Positions 41,066 to 55,400 of a stretch of 64,000 nucleotides of DNA are shown one piece after another. The DNA lies in the NCBI RefSeq assembly GCF_051657925.1, contig NZ_JBOFLP010000155.1:43954-107953 (forward strand), read 5' to 3'. The notes below the pieces were generated by a model. That model was not told the origin of the DNA and did not search any database. It saw nothing but the letters and a program-made list of their open reading frames with translations. The translations under genes were made by a program, and so were the position numbers. Each line of letters opens with the position of its first letter. Positions within the stretch are counted from its first letter, which is position 1. The DNA comes from Chroococcidiopsis sp. (lineage in GTDB: Bacteria; Cyanobacteriota; Cyanobacteriia; Cyanobacteriales; Chroococcidiopsidaceae).

Positions 41066-41487
41066 CCAGGGAAGCCTATTGATTAGATTCTAGTGCATTC
41101 TGAACTTCTCGCCGGAAATCGTATCCATTATCGATGCTGCCCCAGTCCATAAATCGACTTAACTTGCTAAGTTTAAGCTTCTCGTCGTCCGTTAGGCGAT
41201 GACGAATTTGATCGATTGATATGTCATTCCAATCGTCAGTACGCAGCTCAATAAATAAGCTGTCCTCAACAAGGTTAACTAACGAAGAAAACTCTCTGCG
41301 CCATAGATTAACGACTTCATGTTCGTTCATGTTCTAGCGTCCTTTGGTTAGAAGCTTCTCCGCAATGCGGAGTACGATGTATCCCGCAAATCCGATCGCC
41401 ATCACCCATTCTTCTACCTCGTCAATTTCTTCACGATCGTCTTTAGGCTTTGGCTTCTTTCTGGAACTGCTCATGATATTACTCCTT

Positions 41488-42522
41488 TTATTTAATCAGC
41501 GATAGGAAAGCGGACTCCGATCGAGTCAAGAATTTTGCACCTTCTTTACAGATGACTGAAAAGAACCTCGCTGCAAAATGTTCGGGTCTTGTTGTACCTC
41601 CTACGATCTGGCTGTGGTAGATCCCAACCGCAAGAAACCCTCGGTATGCGGTATGTGGCATGTTAGACAGGCTCACTCCTCCATCAAAGATAGAGGAGAG
41701 CGCACTCCATCCTCCTTTCCAGTTATGGAGCGATCCTTTCACCACCCTTTTCGGGTATATGAGGCACAGCACGTCATGAAACTGTCCCAGATTCATTTCC
41801 AGGCTCGTTAGCTTGGTACATAAAGCAACAAACTCCGTATAGTCTTGTTTTGACTTGACTAAGAAGCGATCGATATCTAGAGGATCGATCGACACGTTTA
41901 CCGTGTGCTTAAATGCAATCTTCCGCTCTGTCGAAAGGTACGATCGAGTCTTCTTGCTATAAACTGCTGCCTGAAGAGACCATCCGATGGATGTGTCGTG
42001 CGATGTGGATGCGATAAACCGCAGTTCTAGTTGATCTAGTTCGTCAGGACCAATAGAAACACAAGTATCCTTCATTCGAAGTTCCATGAATACTTTTGCT
42101 CCTCCATCCATGAGAGCCATAGCCTCTACACGCAGTAAGCCTGTATCGACAAGTCGATTAAGGTACTCAAAAGACTCTTTGTTGGATATTGGGTTGTAAC
42201 TAGGGGTTACAACCCCTAGCGTGGATTGGTTGTCCGATCTACACAATCTAATATAGTTATCATCTTCCCCATAGATAGGGATTACGCTAGGAATATAGGC
42301 TTGTCCGCGCTTTTCGTAAACAGTGCGTGATCCGATCGGAACCTTGATAGGTTCCGATACGACTTCCCAAGGACATTTCAAGTTAAGCGCTTGACTGATT
42401 GAGGTTCCTTCAGAAAATCTGCTTCCTCCGATCTCTTCCCAAATATCAACTACTTTGTGATACGCTTTTTCGTCGTTAATGGATACAACTGCTGGTGTAG
42501 TCATTGTTTTTCCGATCGCCAC
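41488..42522 (-). CDS. DUF932-family phage/plasmid protein
   Basis: WEV...P, R.D....LGVV...Y.PI.N.E.F, L.GG.KVF, TSHD, HT. Confidence 0.75.
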   Translation of the reverse strand: MAIGKTMTTPAVVSINDEKAYHKVVDIWEEIGGSRFSEGTSISQALNLKCPWEVVSEPIKVPIGSRTVYEKRGQAYIPSVIPIYGEDDNYIRLCRSDNQSTLGVVTPSYNPISNKESFEYLNRLVDTGLLRVEAMALMDGGAKVFMELRMKDTCVSIGPDELDQLELRFIASTSHDTSIGWSLQAAVYSKKTRSYLSTERKIAFKHTVNVSIDPLDIDRFLVKSKQDYTEFVALCTKLTSLEMNLGQFHDVLCLIYPKRVVKGSLHNWKGGWSALSSIFDGGVSLSNMPHTAYRGFLAVGIYHSQIVGGTTRPEHFAARFFSVICKEGAKFLTRSESAFLSLIK

Positions 42523-42573
42523 GTTAGTAACTCCTTATTGATATATCTGACTGATTACTTTATCAAACACACT

Positions 42574-42942
42574 TCAGACAAACCAATCAGCCTCTTCGTA
42601 CTCTGTTAACTGCCTAACCGCTAAATCGATATACTCTAATCCAGTGTGATGAAGACCGGATTTATCCCAATCCTTAGATTCAGCGGACTGGTAAATCAAG
42701 CAGTGCATTAATTTGATGAACTGAATCGCAGAAACAATAGGAGATTTTCGGAATCTGTATTGTTCTGAGACAACCTCCCCGTACCGATCCGCACAGGATT
42801 TTTGATTCTGGTCCCAAAAATCCTGACCCAATTTTCTTGCGTCCTCTTCGCTGAAATCCGATCGGATAATAGAAGTCTCTAGGTGCAAAATATAGTTGCA
42901 GATCGCGTTGATATGCTCATCCGAAACGACAAAACAGCTCAT
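42574..42942 (-). CDS. Conserved phage hypothetical protein
   Basis: MSCFVVSDEHI, N..S...RY, L.YQS.E motif. Confidence 0.65.
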   Translation of the reverse strand: MSCFVVSDEHINAICNYILHLETSIIRSDFSEEDARKLGQDFWDQNQKSCADRYGEVVSEQYRFRKSPIVSAIQFIKLMHCLIYQSAESKDWDKSGLHHTGLEYIDLAVRQLTEYEEADWFV

Positions 42943-43277
42943 TCAAATGTCTCCTCGAAAGTCTCTTTTTGAGGTCCATCCAGTTCAACCTGATCGATAT
43001 TCTCGCAAAATCGAAGGCGCAGTCTCACTCCAATATTGTTTCCGATCCCTTGCTGATTATGGAGCCATCCAATACAGTGTCGATCGTCTCCTTCAGTAGA
43101 ATGGTGGCAAGCCATAATTTTTAAGGGTTCATCTAGATTTAACTCTCCTGGAACCGCGATCGTGTCTACTAGATTTTGATGTAACTCCGAACTATAGTTC
43201 GGAATATCAGATAGTTTACTTCCTTGCTTCCAGGGACAGGAAGCGCACTGCTTGACTTGAGGTAGTTTCCAGGTCAT
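42939..43277 (-). CDS. DUF6283-like Cys/His-rich protein
   Basis: CASCPW, MACHHS, CIGWL. Confidence 0.6.
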   Translation of the reverse strand: MTWKLPQVKQCASCPWKQGSKLSDIPNYSSELHQNLVDTIAVPGELNLDEPLKIMACHHSTEGDDRHCIGWLHNQQGIGNNIGVRLRLRFCENIDQVELDGPQKETFEETFE

Positions 43278-46200
43278 GTAAAGTACTTCCCAAATAGTCT
43301 TGAGGTAATCGACTCAATTCCATGATCCACTGCCTGAATATTGTCGGTAGTCATTCCTTTATCCCAGTCTTCCTTAAGAGACCACCAGCCTGTACCTCGG
43401 TCATGATATAACGTCTTCAAGTGGGTCATTACATCCGAAGCTAATATACCGGACGAGAAGCCGGATAAAGCATCCTCTATCTGATCTAATGACAGTTCTT
43501 CGATATCGACCCATCTTCCGACAAAGTTATTACTGCTTTCACAGTAACCTAGGAACATAAGTAGGATAGCTTGTTGGATCGTAAGAAGATCTACCCGAAA
43601 CTCAACTTTGAGACTTATTCTCTTTTGTCCGTCTTTTGATACAGACGGAACAGGAAACCTACTCATGCAGAAACTCTCTTAGAAACTGCACTGCTGACGC
43701 ACCTCTTCCCGATGCCATCGTGGAATACTGTATCGCCAATTCCGTGCTATCTACCGAGGAGATATCAACCTCATTTTCTTGTAGCCATGCAATAAGCTGA
43801 GAGGCGATTTGATACTCTTGCAAGACCGCTACTGCGTCTTGCATAGAAGGTTGGATGTAGGTGATTCGAAACGATCGATCGCGATCATCACATCTAACTG
43901 CAATCATTCCGTAAGAGAAAGCGATCGCCTTGACATCCTCAAAGGTCAATGAGTTTCCGTACTCATATTCAACATCCTCTCGAATTACAGACTTGAACCA
44001 ACGTTCTTTATTAGAAAGAGTAAGCTTAGTCATTCTCCCTCACAGCTAGCTTAAATTGTTTCCATGCAGTATCCACAGTACCCGACTGAGCTTCACCAAA
44101 ACGGTCGGAGTCGAAATCCCCAAATAGCTTTGCAGTTACCATTTCTATCACCCCTGGTTAGTTCCTTCTACATGTTTTTGCCACTCATCTAAGACGGGAC
44201 GTTTAATTTCTATCTTAATAAGCTCGATCGCTCTTTCTACCAGAATACATTCCGCAGCCTCAAATTCGTCCGACTCGACAGCCCCAAACTGAAGGCAATA
44301 CGCCTGACCAATATCTACAAAATGAATCCCTCGAACTTCGTCAGATGCGTCCCCGAAAATCTCATCGAACTCATTAGGGTAGTTGTCTTTATTTATGCAT
44401 AGAAGCATAGATATATCGTCACAAGACGCATAAGCATACCCCAGCAAAGAATCTGCCATAGCGATCGCTGTTTCTTCGAAGTCGATCGGATGCTCCTCTG
44501 ACCACTTATCGAGAACTGCGTTATTCAACTCTTCTCCTAGAATTGTATTCACATCTCCGATCGCAAGAATTTCCCTGGCAGACATCTTGCTAACAAGATC
44601 TTCGAGAATTCGATCGAAGTCCTCATTTGTCATGTGCTTATAGTTATCCATGTTACTCATTTGAAAAACCCTCCTCTAAAAATAATTCCGGGAAAGAGAC
44701 TTTTGCCTCTGGGTTATTTAGGTTCTCTGAGGTAATAAACTCCCATATAACCTCTTCAGAATCCACAGATATTCCCTCTGACTCTTGCAAAGGGAGTTGG
44801 CGAATAGCCTTCTTCTCAATATCTTCGATTGAGTCACCTTCTTGATATTCGACTTCTATGACTCGAAGAACTTCATAGTGAACTGGAACTCTGATTCTAG
44901 GCATAATTAACTCCTGTAATACTCATCAACTAGCCGTTTAAGCTAAACATCCTCTACCAATTGAAAATCACCGTACTCCGCCATCACTCCGATCGATCCT
45001 CCTCAAGTCGAAAATCATAAGGCTCTAGAAACGCGGCAGTATTTTCTAGAAAATCATCCCATCCGTTTAGGATTATATAGAGCATAGATACTGCGTGAGC
45101 GTAGATCTCAAATCTATCTAGACCTACCCTATTAAATCCAGGACAATCGATCGTCCAATTATCTGACAAAGAGTGTTTATAGGCTGAGAATCTGACTCCT
45201 TTGTGCATAATGTTGATGATATCGTGGTCGTTGCCTGTGGAAAAGTTGACCGATCTTTCATCAGAAGATCTGAATACCAGTGTTTTAATCATGGTTAGCA
45301 AAACTAGAAAGGACTGACTCTATCTCTTGAGCTAAATCTTCGGACGTACCTATAGATCCCGGATAGCTTCTACTCCCTTCTACGTCTTCGCAACAGTCCT
45401 CAATGTCACCAATATTTGATAAGGCGTATCTTAGTGCAAATTCGATCACAGAGGCTTTTCTAGATAGATGTCTAAGCTGTATTTGCTCTGCTTTTTGCTT
45501 AGCTTCCTCAATCGCATCCTGAGCTAACTCTAAAGCACATTTAGAAAAATAACTTTCTTCTGAATCGCTTTCCATTCCTCCCATAGAGTTAAAGGAAAGC
45601 TGAACGTCTTCGCAAAGCACTCTGACTACTAGAAAAAGCTGGTCCCAGGTTTTCCCGTGAGATAAGAATCGTTTCCCGTCCTCAAACGAATAGTTGATCG
45701 CGAGTCTTTTAGCTTCTTTTTCAGGGTATTTATCTTTCAGCTCTGCTTCATAGTCGCGAAGAGGTAGAAAATATGCACCTTCTTCGCTTGTTGCGATCGT
45801 TCTGTTGTCTTGGTAGTCAACTATCTCTCCCAGATATCCAAGCTCTGGACAATCATCCACGATCGTTTCAGCTTCGATCTTAAACCCGTCTACTTTCCAA
45901 GACGCACAAAGCATTCCATCTGACCTTCTAACCCAGCAGAACGGAAAATCAAGCATATCAGTTTCTCCTGAATTAATGTTTCTGTAACGTTTTAGCTGAA
46001 AGGAAACCCCTTTAGAAATCCTCTTGCATCATTGCACTTCTTTTCAACTCCTTCTCGAACAGCGTCAGGCATGTCCCACGCGGAGGTTTCTTGCAAAACT
46101 GCCTTTCCCATTGCGGTAGCGGTTTCCATTTCCGCTTCTTTTAATCGCAACTTTAAGGACTGTTCAGCAGCAAGCTTGCTGCTGATGTCAGGATCATCCC

Positions 46201-48610
46201 AGTCCCAATCACGAGAAATAATCGTCTGTTCAAGCGCTTTAACAAAATCAGCGTTGACTACTTGAATAAACTGATTCAGCTTTTCGAGCGTTTTTGATCG
46301 TACTTCTGCTTCCTTACGATCAATCCAGTCCTTGAATTCTTGCAGCAATCTAGCCTTGTCCGCCTCTTTCTTGGTTTGTAGTCGCAGGGATTGATCAATC
46401 CTATCAACCTTATTTTGTTTGATGTTTAACATCTCAGAGTAGATATCAACTAACCTCCGCTTATCCCAAGTCGGTTTAGAGTCTAAGCTGATGCGTCGAG
46501 GGTTAATGCAAGCTACTGTCTGCATAAACGAATCAGAAAAGGTTGCGGTAATAGATGCTTCACACCAGGCACGTATATCCTCAGTCGGATCGTGAATATT
46601 TGTAGACAGCACGATTTCAGGATCTTGGGTAAGCTCTAGATAATGAAAAGGATGATCGGCTGAGCCGATCTGCCAAACAATTATACCCTCGTAAACAGTT
46701 CTAGCAATCATACGCTCACCGTGTTTTCTACTGTTTTTTCTTGGATCTCGTTACCATCTCGATCGACCACTACAGAAAGACATCGATCGAAGTCTTCAGC
46801 AACATACGTTTTGATGTCATTCCTGTTTCTACCTCTAACACTAACCTCGAATCCCTTGAAGGACGGGTGAATAAACACATCATGATCAGTCCATCCATCG
46901 TATTCACCCCACTCGTTCATGTGGTGGAATGATGTTGTAAACACTAGCCGCTCTTTACGGTATTTACGTCCATCCACTTGATCGGCAGATATCGATCGAT
47001 CGATATCAATCTTGGTTCCGTTATCGAACCCGGAACCTTGCGGCAGATGCCGATCGGCTAACTGACTGAGAAATATTTCCACGTTAGAAGCAAATACCTT
47101 TCTAGACTCAAACTCATCAGAGTTAGGATTTAACCTGCTCATCTCGCGTTGAATCCGTCTAAGTTGCTCAAGCTTAGACGCGAAAAGCTGTAGCAAAGTG
47201 ATATTTGGCAAAGTAACTCCTTTTTATATAGCTCTACGGTCCATCTACTGTTCTGTAACTGCGTACACCCCTACATCGAAACAATCAACCTCTGCGCGAT
47301 CTAGGTCTTGTTTCACTGCTTTTACAGCAAGAGCAGAAATAAAGTCATTAGGAATCTCAGTAGATATGTACTTGAACACAGCATCTTGAACACTATATGA
47401 ATTACCGTTTGAATAAATCACATAGCATTCCACACTATAAGAATCCCCTTGTATATTCCCTAGCTCTGTGTTGATTAGATTAGGATGCTGCTCAGGATCT
47501 AAATTCATCCATTTAAGATGCTCGTCTAAAAGATCAGCAGCATCGACAGCTTTAACCTTCATGGCAGATGCATCGTCTAAAGAGTCGGCTAGATCTTCTA
47601 GAATCTCTCTGATTTTTGCCAGGTGTGCGTTCATGTAAATCCCTTTTTAATCTGCGATCGTTGCTGCGCCAACTGGATTACCGTTGTAGTCCAGAATCTT
47701 TTCTTGCTGTAAATCTTCTGGATTGGATGTATCCTCTATTCGATCTGAATACTTCCTTAATATCCGTGCTACTTCTGCGCCTGTAGCGTCAAATGCTTCA
47801 TTATCTAACTTGATTTGGATTGTTAGAGTAGTCATTGAATCCCCTTAATTAATTCCTAGATACACACCAACTATTTTCTTCAGAATTTCCTTAGATCTAC
47901 CTGAGTTTATGTTCTTCTCGATCTTCCATTCATCAAGCTTTTCTTCGCCTATGTCTACCATACCTTCTAGATCACTAATCAGCTTTTTCCATGCTGAATG
48001 AACAGCAGAGTGTAGAATCTGAGATGTTGCAGTAGAAACAAGAGTTTTAACGTCTTGGGCGTTTCTAATGTCTATAGAGATATCAAGCAACGGACAAGGG
48101 TAGCGCCTAAGTACCACGTCAAATTGATTGAAATTGTACTCTGTGTAGTTATCTAGCTCAAATAGCCACGTTGAAACCAACCCTCCTAGAGATCCGTCAC
48201 CTCCATCTGTGATCTCACCTACTTCTATCCAGTAGGCGATCGCTTCATCCAGCAAATCGGATAGACATTCTCTTGCAAGGCTGTTGGCGTTTAGATTCGA
48301 ATTAACTCCGCTGCTCATAGCATCCCTTTTGTATTGTTTTTAAGCGATCCGAAAATCTTGTACTTCGCACCTCATACGCTGATCATCTTGTATGGTACGT
48401 TCTCATACAGTCAACGTTACAAAAATCTCCTTTTATCCGGCTTCTTCCAGATCCGTTAGTTTCCTCATAGTAGGCGAACAGCCTACCCTTGTAGTTGTTC
48501 CCGCACCAAGAGCATGTTCTATCAGTTCTTATCACCTCTCTTAGGATCATTTGATCGGATATCTTATCTCTTCCGATATACTTCAAACCTTCTCTATACA
48601 AATCAGTCAT
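43274..48610 (-). other. Run of about 12 small leftward hypothetical CDS (e.g. 44148-44660, 45285-45956, 45992-46711, 46708-47211, 47245-47634, 47845-48318)
   Basis: Tightly packed or overlapping ORFs with AGGAG/AGGG RBS; many acidic. Confidence 0.7.
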
Positions 48611-48955
48611 CTATCTCTACCTTTTTTCGCAACTCGATAACTTTTTCCTTGTCCTTAGCCTAAAGGGTTTTCATGTTCTCTGGAACCGGAAACAGAAGAC
48701 TCTTCAAATAACCTTCGGTAGCGAGAAGCTACCGCATACCAATCAATGTCACACGCGATCGCAGATAGTAAGCCGATCGCTAGATACTCACCCGCTTCTC
48801 TTCTCTGCTGGACGGTATCACAAAAGTCTAAATACCATGCCTCAAACCGCTCTTTCAAAACATCAAGATCACTTGTTTCAGATGCAATCTCTAAGCAGTG
48901 CTTACGCAAGTCCTTCTGATTATCCAAAAGGATTATAAATCGATTTGTCATTGTA

Positions 48956-49462
48956 CTATCCTCGCTTACTGTAGATGTGATAGCCTTCCTTTGTCTTGTA
49001 GCAAGAGATCCAGTTAACTTGGGCATCTTCTGCAATAGATTCCCAGTCAATATAAAATTCTAGCCTGCCATCAAAAAAGCCAGTATTTAGGATTTCATCA
49101 GGAAGTTGTACAGCTTCCTGACAGTAGTTTTCTACAGAACCATAAAGCCCTAAATATCGATCGTTAAACTCGGACAGATCTGCATCCTCCCCAAACTCTA
49201 TTAGAAAACCTTTAATCTCTTCCTCCCCATACTGTTCGATCGCATTCACGATCGCGCAGATTTGGGATAAGTCGCTACCATCATAACCCGCTAATCCTTC
49301 ACGATCTTCGATCGTCCATTCTTCTGCCTGGGTCTCAGATAGAAAGTGCTTGATCTGCGTCCTTAGCTTCTTTGGTGTTACGTCAGAGGTTAACGATAAC
49401 CAAGTACCTCTTAGTTGTCCTTGATTGTATCTAGCGATGTCCATCACGTAGATCTTAGACAT
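48956..49462 (-). CDS. ardA: Antirestriction protein ArdA
   Basis: IYV..IARYNQGQLRGTW, EEWTIED.EG, YLG.Y, YIDWE..A.D. Confidence 0.85.
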   Translation of the reverse strand: MSKIYVMDIARYNQGQLRGTWLSLTSDVTPKKLRTQIKHFLSETQAEEWTIEDREGLAGYDGSDLSQICAIVNAIEQYGEEEIKGFLIEFGEDADLSEFNDRYLGLYGSVENYCQEAVQLPDEILNTGFFDGRLEFYIDWESIAEDAQVNWISCYKTKEGYHIYSKRG

Positions 49463-52400
49463 TTCTCAAACCCTCCAACGCAAAAGGCATTCCCATGTTT
49501 TCATCATCGTATATATTCATTACAGGAATAAGCTTGCGCCTGAATCGATATCCCTCATCGATGGTCATCCGTTCGTCAGCCATGATCCAGGTCATAACAT
49601 ACGCAGTCTGTAAAGGATTCATTTTCATTAAATCGTCGATCGCGTTCGTTTGGTTCCTTTCAAACCACTCATCAACTATCACCTTAGCGACAATTCCTAA
49701 ATCAGCAGAACCTAGATACATGTAAACACCTTCAGTAGTTATTACTTTGCTTGATACTCTTTAACCGTTTGCCATTGTCCAGCAAAGTAAATCTCTACAG
49801 TTACTTGATTGTTGTAAGGAGCACCATCTGAGATAGTCATTCTGCTCAACCATACCCGAAGATCCGGGGATTCTAATTTCAAATCATCGCACTGGCTTTT
49901 TCTAATTGTAGTTAGAGACTCAAGGTAGGCTAGAGAATATCTCTTGTTTTTCATGGTTTCCTTTGCATCATGTTCTTAACTGTGTACAGCTTATCTCAAT
50001 TCATGATCAGATTCAAGTAATTCCGTAATATCGGCAACCGTTTTATTGCTGTACATCCAGTGATATTGAACTCTGTAGTTAACGAGGCGTTTTTCTATCT
50101 CTTCTACCATGTTTCTGGTAGCTCTGAACGTTAAGCATCTAGGCTGATTGCTCCAACCATGCATGTATGCGGATGAAATTTTAATACAGCCTACTTCTTT
50201 AAGAAGTGTTTTCAACTCTTCCGTAACAAGAAGATCGCCTAAGTTGGTACGATTGCATAGATAGTACCTCAAATAGGTATCCTGAGAGACCAATTCTATA
50301 TCCATTGCTGCTTGTCCTTGCGTAATTAATGTTGAATACACAGCCTAGTCTAGTTCAAGAACATCTATAATCACTAGCTGTATAGGCTGATTAAAGCTCT
50401 CTAGTAGTCGGCTTGGATAGCGCTCCATTAAGTAGCTATACTCTATCCCTTCCTGAGCAAATCCTCGAAGTACCTCCATTACTCGCGATCGAAGTACTTC
50501 GATCGAATGCTGTTTTGCATACTCAGCAACTAGATCCACATGCTCAGATGTATAAACATCCTCAAACTCGTACCCAATCTCATGAGAGTGCAAGTCATCT
50601 AACTCGATCGATTCAACAATTCGATCGATGTTCCAGTACACTGATCCGCCTGTTTCATGATTAGCGTATTCGTTCGCCTCTTCTGCTGCATAACTAAATA
50701 AGCCTGACAAGTCATCATCTAATAAATCGATCGAAAACTTGTTTTCCACCTCTGTTGTAAAGTCCGCTTTAACCCAGCTATCCCATGCATTACTCTCTAA
50801 CTCATTTCTAACCTCATCATGAACGTCTCCATCAATCAGAGGGTAATCAGACAGATTAGTTAGAACCTCGATTATATCGTTCGTCAGGTTCCTGACTCTG
50901 ATCGCGTACCCGTAACTCGAATAGCGTCCATATAGCTTGTATACTCCAGGTAATTCGTCCCAATTTTGTCTAATCCATCGGCAATTAGCGATCGTTACGT
51001 CCGATCCTCCATAGTCAGACCCCTGAAGCAAAGGAGAGGTAATTAGAGAATCTAAATCAATATTGGATCGGTTTTCTATATCTCTAAGACTACCAAACTC
51101 TAGACAGTCTAAATCTTCTAACTTTTCATCATCCCAAGAATGAAAACGATTCATTCGATAGCTATCGACAGATAGCGATCGTGCTGCTTCTAACTTTGCA
51201 TCATCTGTTAATCCCGTGAATTCTAAAACCTCCAGAAAATAAGGGTATCCCTCTATTTCCTTCTGATAGTCGCTGATGGCGTATTCGTTCTTTTCTAGCC
51301 ATCGATCGTAAAACGGATGAATCATCTCACCTACTTCTGATAGCAAGCTAAAATGAAAGGAGCAATTTGAATCTATGTAGTAGTGGTAAGATACTACCTC
51401 ATCTACATGCTGAATCAAGTAGATCCCTTCCGACTCATCTACAGCGATCGCACCGATCGCTTTGTATCCCGCATAATCGTAATCTGATAAATTTTCTAAG
51501 ATATCCGATAGAGTTGGTGCAGTTCTTTTTATGTCGTTCATAGTCGTTTTCCCTGGTAGAACTCTCGTGTAATTCATAAACAACACTCAGCGAAAAATGT
51601 TCTAATTCGTAGATGAGTCTCTATCTTCCGACATGGAAGACAAAGGGTAGAAGTATTTGTCAGGGCAGGATTTCCATCTAAAACCGTGCGGTCCTTCTCC
51701 TATAGCCGCCCGTCTTAAATCCTCTCCCTCTAACTCACCTTTAAGATAATGTTTACCGTCCAAAACAGTCACAAACTCAGTCTCTGAGCCTGCAAGATTT
51801 CTGTAGCAGCTTCGTTCATATCCATCTATAACCCCTGTATAGTAAGGGTTAAGCTTGAGATAGTCTTTTCCAGATCTGATCTCATTTAGGCGATGGACTA
51901 GTTGAGTACTAGTCCATTTATAACTTCTGCACTGGCTATATGCATCCCTTACCAGAGAAAGTACTCTTTCAGATCTCCGATACATTGCATCTTGATAGTT
52001 AGACATGTAAATCCCTAGATTAGGTGGTTTCCATCAGCGTATTCTAGGCACTCTTCTAGTGCCTCTTCATAGGTGATCTCTAGTTCCTCGATTGATTCTA
52101 AGCTGTAGTCTTTCACGATCGCAACATGTCCAGAACTGGCATTGCACACCGTAGAGCAGTTCATGTAATCAACACCGTGGCTGTCTAGCATACCTTCATC
52201 GATATCGTCCATAAGCTGTTCTCTCTCAGCATTATCCTCTAAATGTCGATCGGGATAACTATAGAGATAGTGCATTTCATACGATGGTATGAGACTACAG
52301 ATATGTACATGCCTTCTACTATCGTAGAGATATACACTCCAAATTTTTCCGCCTGATCGTTCTAGTATCTCATCACTCCATCCATCTTCCGCGATCGCTA

Positions 52401-55400
52401 CCACTTTGAACAGAGGTAGAACACCGCTATCGATTAACAATCTTGCATCATCATCCATTACTTTACCTCCGATCGCAACTTCTGAAACAATTCGACCGCC
52501 TGTAGAAAGGCGGGGATCTCCTCTACTGCGATCTCATCTAGAATGAGTCTTGCACCCTGATCATTAGAATATTCGATTCTGTAAATAGCAGGGTGATCAA
52601 GTAACGGCTTAAATGCTGCCTTTACCGCTTCTACATCAGAATCATATTTCTCCGTTCTCTGCTTTCGAGAGATGTCTGATCTAAGATCCCCAATCAATTT
52701 CTCTACTTGAAAACGAGAGGCTATTCCCTTAGATTTTTTGTTGGTGCTGGTAATACCCTCACTTCGATTTTCTGAATAGTCAAGGTGCTTTAAGGTAAGT
52801 ACCCATCTCATGCTTATCGCACCTTTAGAATTGCATTCGATTTCCCGTCTTAACGACTGCTCTAAGTCTTCAGGGATCTTGGCGATTTTCGTAATCTCAT
52901 CCAGAACGGTAGACGCCGTAGGATAAGATTCGATCTCAGCAGCTTTACTGTTTATGATGCTAGCGATCGACTCAAGATCAGGGACTCGATACGTTTCTGA
53001 GAAATCAAATCCTTCTACAGAGTAACTATCCCCTAACTTAAGACTTTCAACAGTAAGTAGATGTGCATAGGTAAAACTCTTAGTTACCCTGAACAACACA
53101 CCTTGGATATTTGCCTCAAAACCTAGATCGTTCTCTGCATTACACTCTATAAGGCTATACTTATCTATCATGAACTGCACAGCTTGATCGCGATCTTCAA
53201 TCTTAGGTATTCCGTTAAGAAACGGTGTTTTGAATGTATTTCGAAGGCTAACCCTACTGGAGTAAGGTGTATCGTGTTTAATCATGAGGCTCCTTATTTG
53301 AGGCTAACTTGGTTAAAGCACCTTATTTCTTAGTCTTAACTCTTCTATCAAAATCCGATCGCGTAGTATCTGAATCCCTACCGATTGCCCTAGATAGAAA
53401 GTCTTGTAGAATCGATCGTCTGTTTCTTGTGCTACTTTGTACTGAGCCTCTGACTCAGCTAAAAAAGCATTCAGTACTTCTAGAAGTCGATCCATATTAT
53501 TTATGTTCCCAGACGGTAAACCATATCTTTCGATTTTCGAAATCCCAGTCCATAACATCATTCAAATCCATGATGCTTGCAATATCACATCTAATTTCCT
53601 CACTAAGTACAGCCAAACCAAGATCAAATTTACCGTCAAACACATCGTCTCTAGTATCCCAGGATATCCATTCAGCTTCATTAGATATCTCTTTCCGAAG
53701 AAACGAGAGAGTATCAGACCAGAACTCTGTGTCATGCTCTTCGCTCAATAAAGCCGATCCGTTCTCTATCTCTTTAACTATCGCAGGGATCGGAATGCTA
53801 AGGACGTGAAAGCGATCGGTAAGCTGACTTTCAGGGAAGATCCCGATCAACCTATAGTATGGTTTTGACATAAGAGCCTCTAGTTGAAATCTTTTTCACG
53901 CAAATTCATTAGCCAACTTGGACCTTTAGAGTTTCGTATCTCAGTTAGCGCGATCCTATAGTTATACTCGCAGAAATGAGCATAAGAATATCTCAGCGTA
54001 ACCCATTCACCTGATAGTTTTTGTTTCCATCCCCTAGCATTACCCGTTTTGTCTATATGCTTCTGGCGATAGAAGCAAAGTGCTTTTTTCTGCTGCTCAG
54101 TGAGAACATCTAATCTACTCACGATCGTCTTCCTCCTCCCATTCATAGCACTGCGCTACTTTAGTTTGGATATACGAACAATCGATCCCATCGGAGGAGG
54201 CAAATTTAGGAAATGAACCAAGCCCTGATCCGATCTCTTCCCACAAACCGATCCCGCTTCCTAACGCAGATCCTGCCATCAAGTAGAACACCCCACAGTT
54301 ACTAGGTACATCCTCTATACACTGCTCAAGTGTATAGGTGTTATCCCACTTTTCTACAAATAAATTCACGATCTCAGTGAGAAGCTTCTCAGCGTTAGAT
54401 AGTTCCGTGCTGTAATCCACTTCTAACTCATCTAATTGACCTACCCAGGTTTCGATCACATCTTCTTGCGATCGGTAGAAATCCTTAAAAGGGATTCCAT
54501 AAAGAGGGTGATCTTTATCATCCGTCCCTGACTCTAGATCGAAGTTAGTCTCAATCAGCCACAAAGAGGCATATCGAAAATCATCCTCATTGATCGCTTT
54601 TAGCTCGTCAGTTGTATATGTTTTAGTCATTAGATCTAGTCTCCTATTACGCTGTACCCATCACAGTACTTTGAACTCATCCGAAAAGCTAATCGTTTTA
54701 GACGATGTGAATCGTAATAACTGTATCTTGCATCGTCCCAGCAAGAAATAAGGCAAGAATTCGATCGCTTTAATCTAAGGACAGATTTTCTAATTCGGAA
54801 AAAGCGACTAAAGAACCAACTGGAAAATCGATAGAATCAGACATTACTTAACCCTTCTTTGCTTACAGTAATTTTTCACAAAATGCAATGACTGAGTAAG
54901 ATTTGGAAACGACCAAATCATTAGCGAATCATGATCGAAAACAGCGTACCCGTTAGGGTAGAGTTCAGTCTCTACAAGAGTAGTGCTGAGGTATCTATTC
55001 TTGCATTCTGCAAGGGTAAATCCATGCTCTGCTGCAATATCGTAGACACACTGAAATACTTCGGAATAGGTAAACATTACATAACTCCTTTTTTTGTTGA
55101 TCAACTTACTTATCTAAATGAAACCAAAATTGTACGTCTGTATAATCCCGATCGCTTTCCTCCAAAGACTCGAAATGCGTACATAGCTCTATAATGGCGT
55201 CTAATGCAGCAGAGTATACATTTAACCGATTAAACATCTTTCTAATAAGGTTTACCTCCTTATCACTTACTTCCGCTCTATCAGTTGCCTTGAAAATTGA
55301 ATCGACAATGCTATCTACTAGATCTTCTTCCTCATCGCCTACAAACTCTACAAAACCATCTTCATTTAGATACCCTGACAAGTCAGGAACATGAACACCG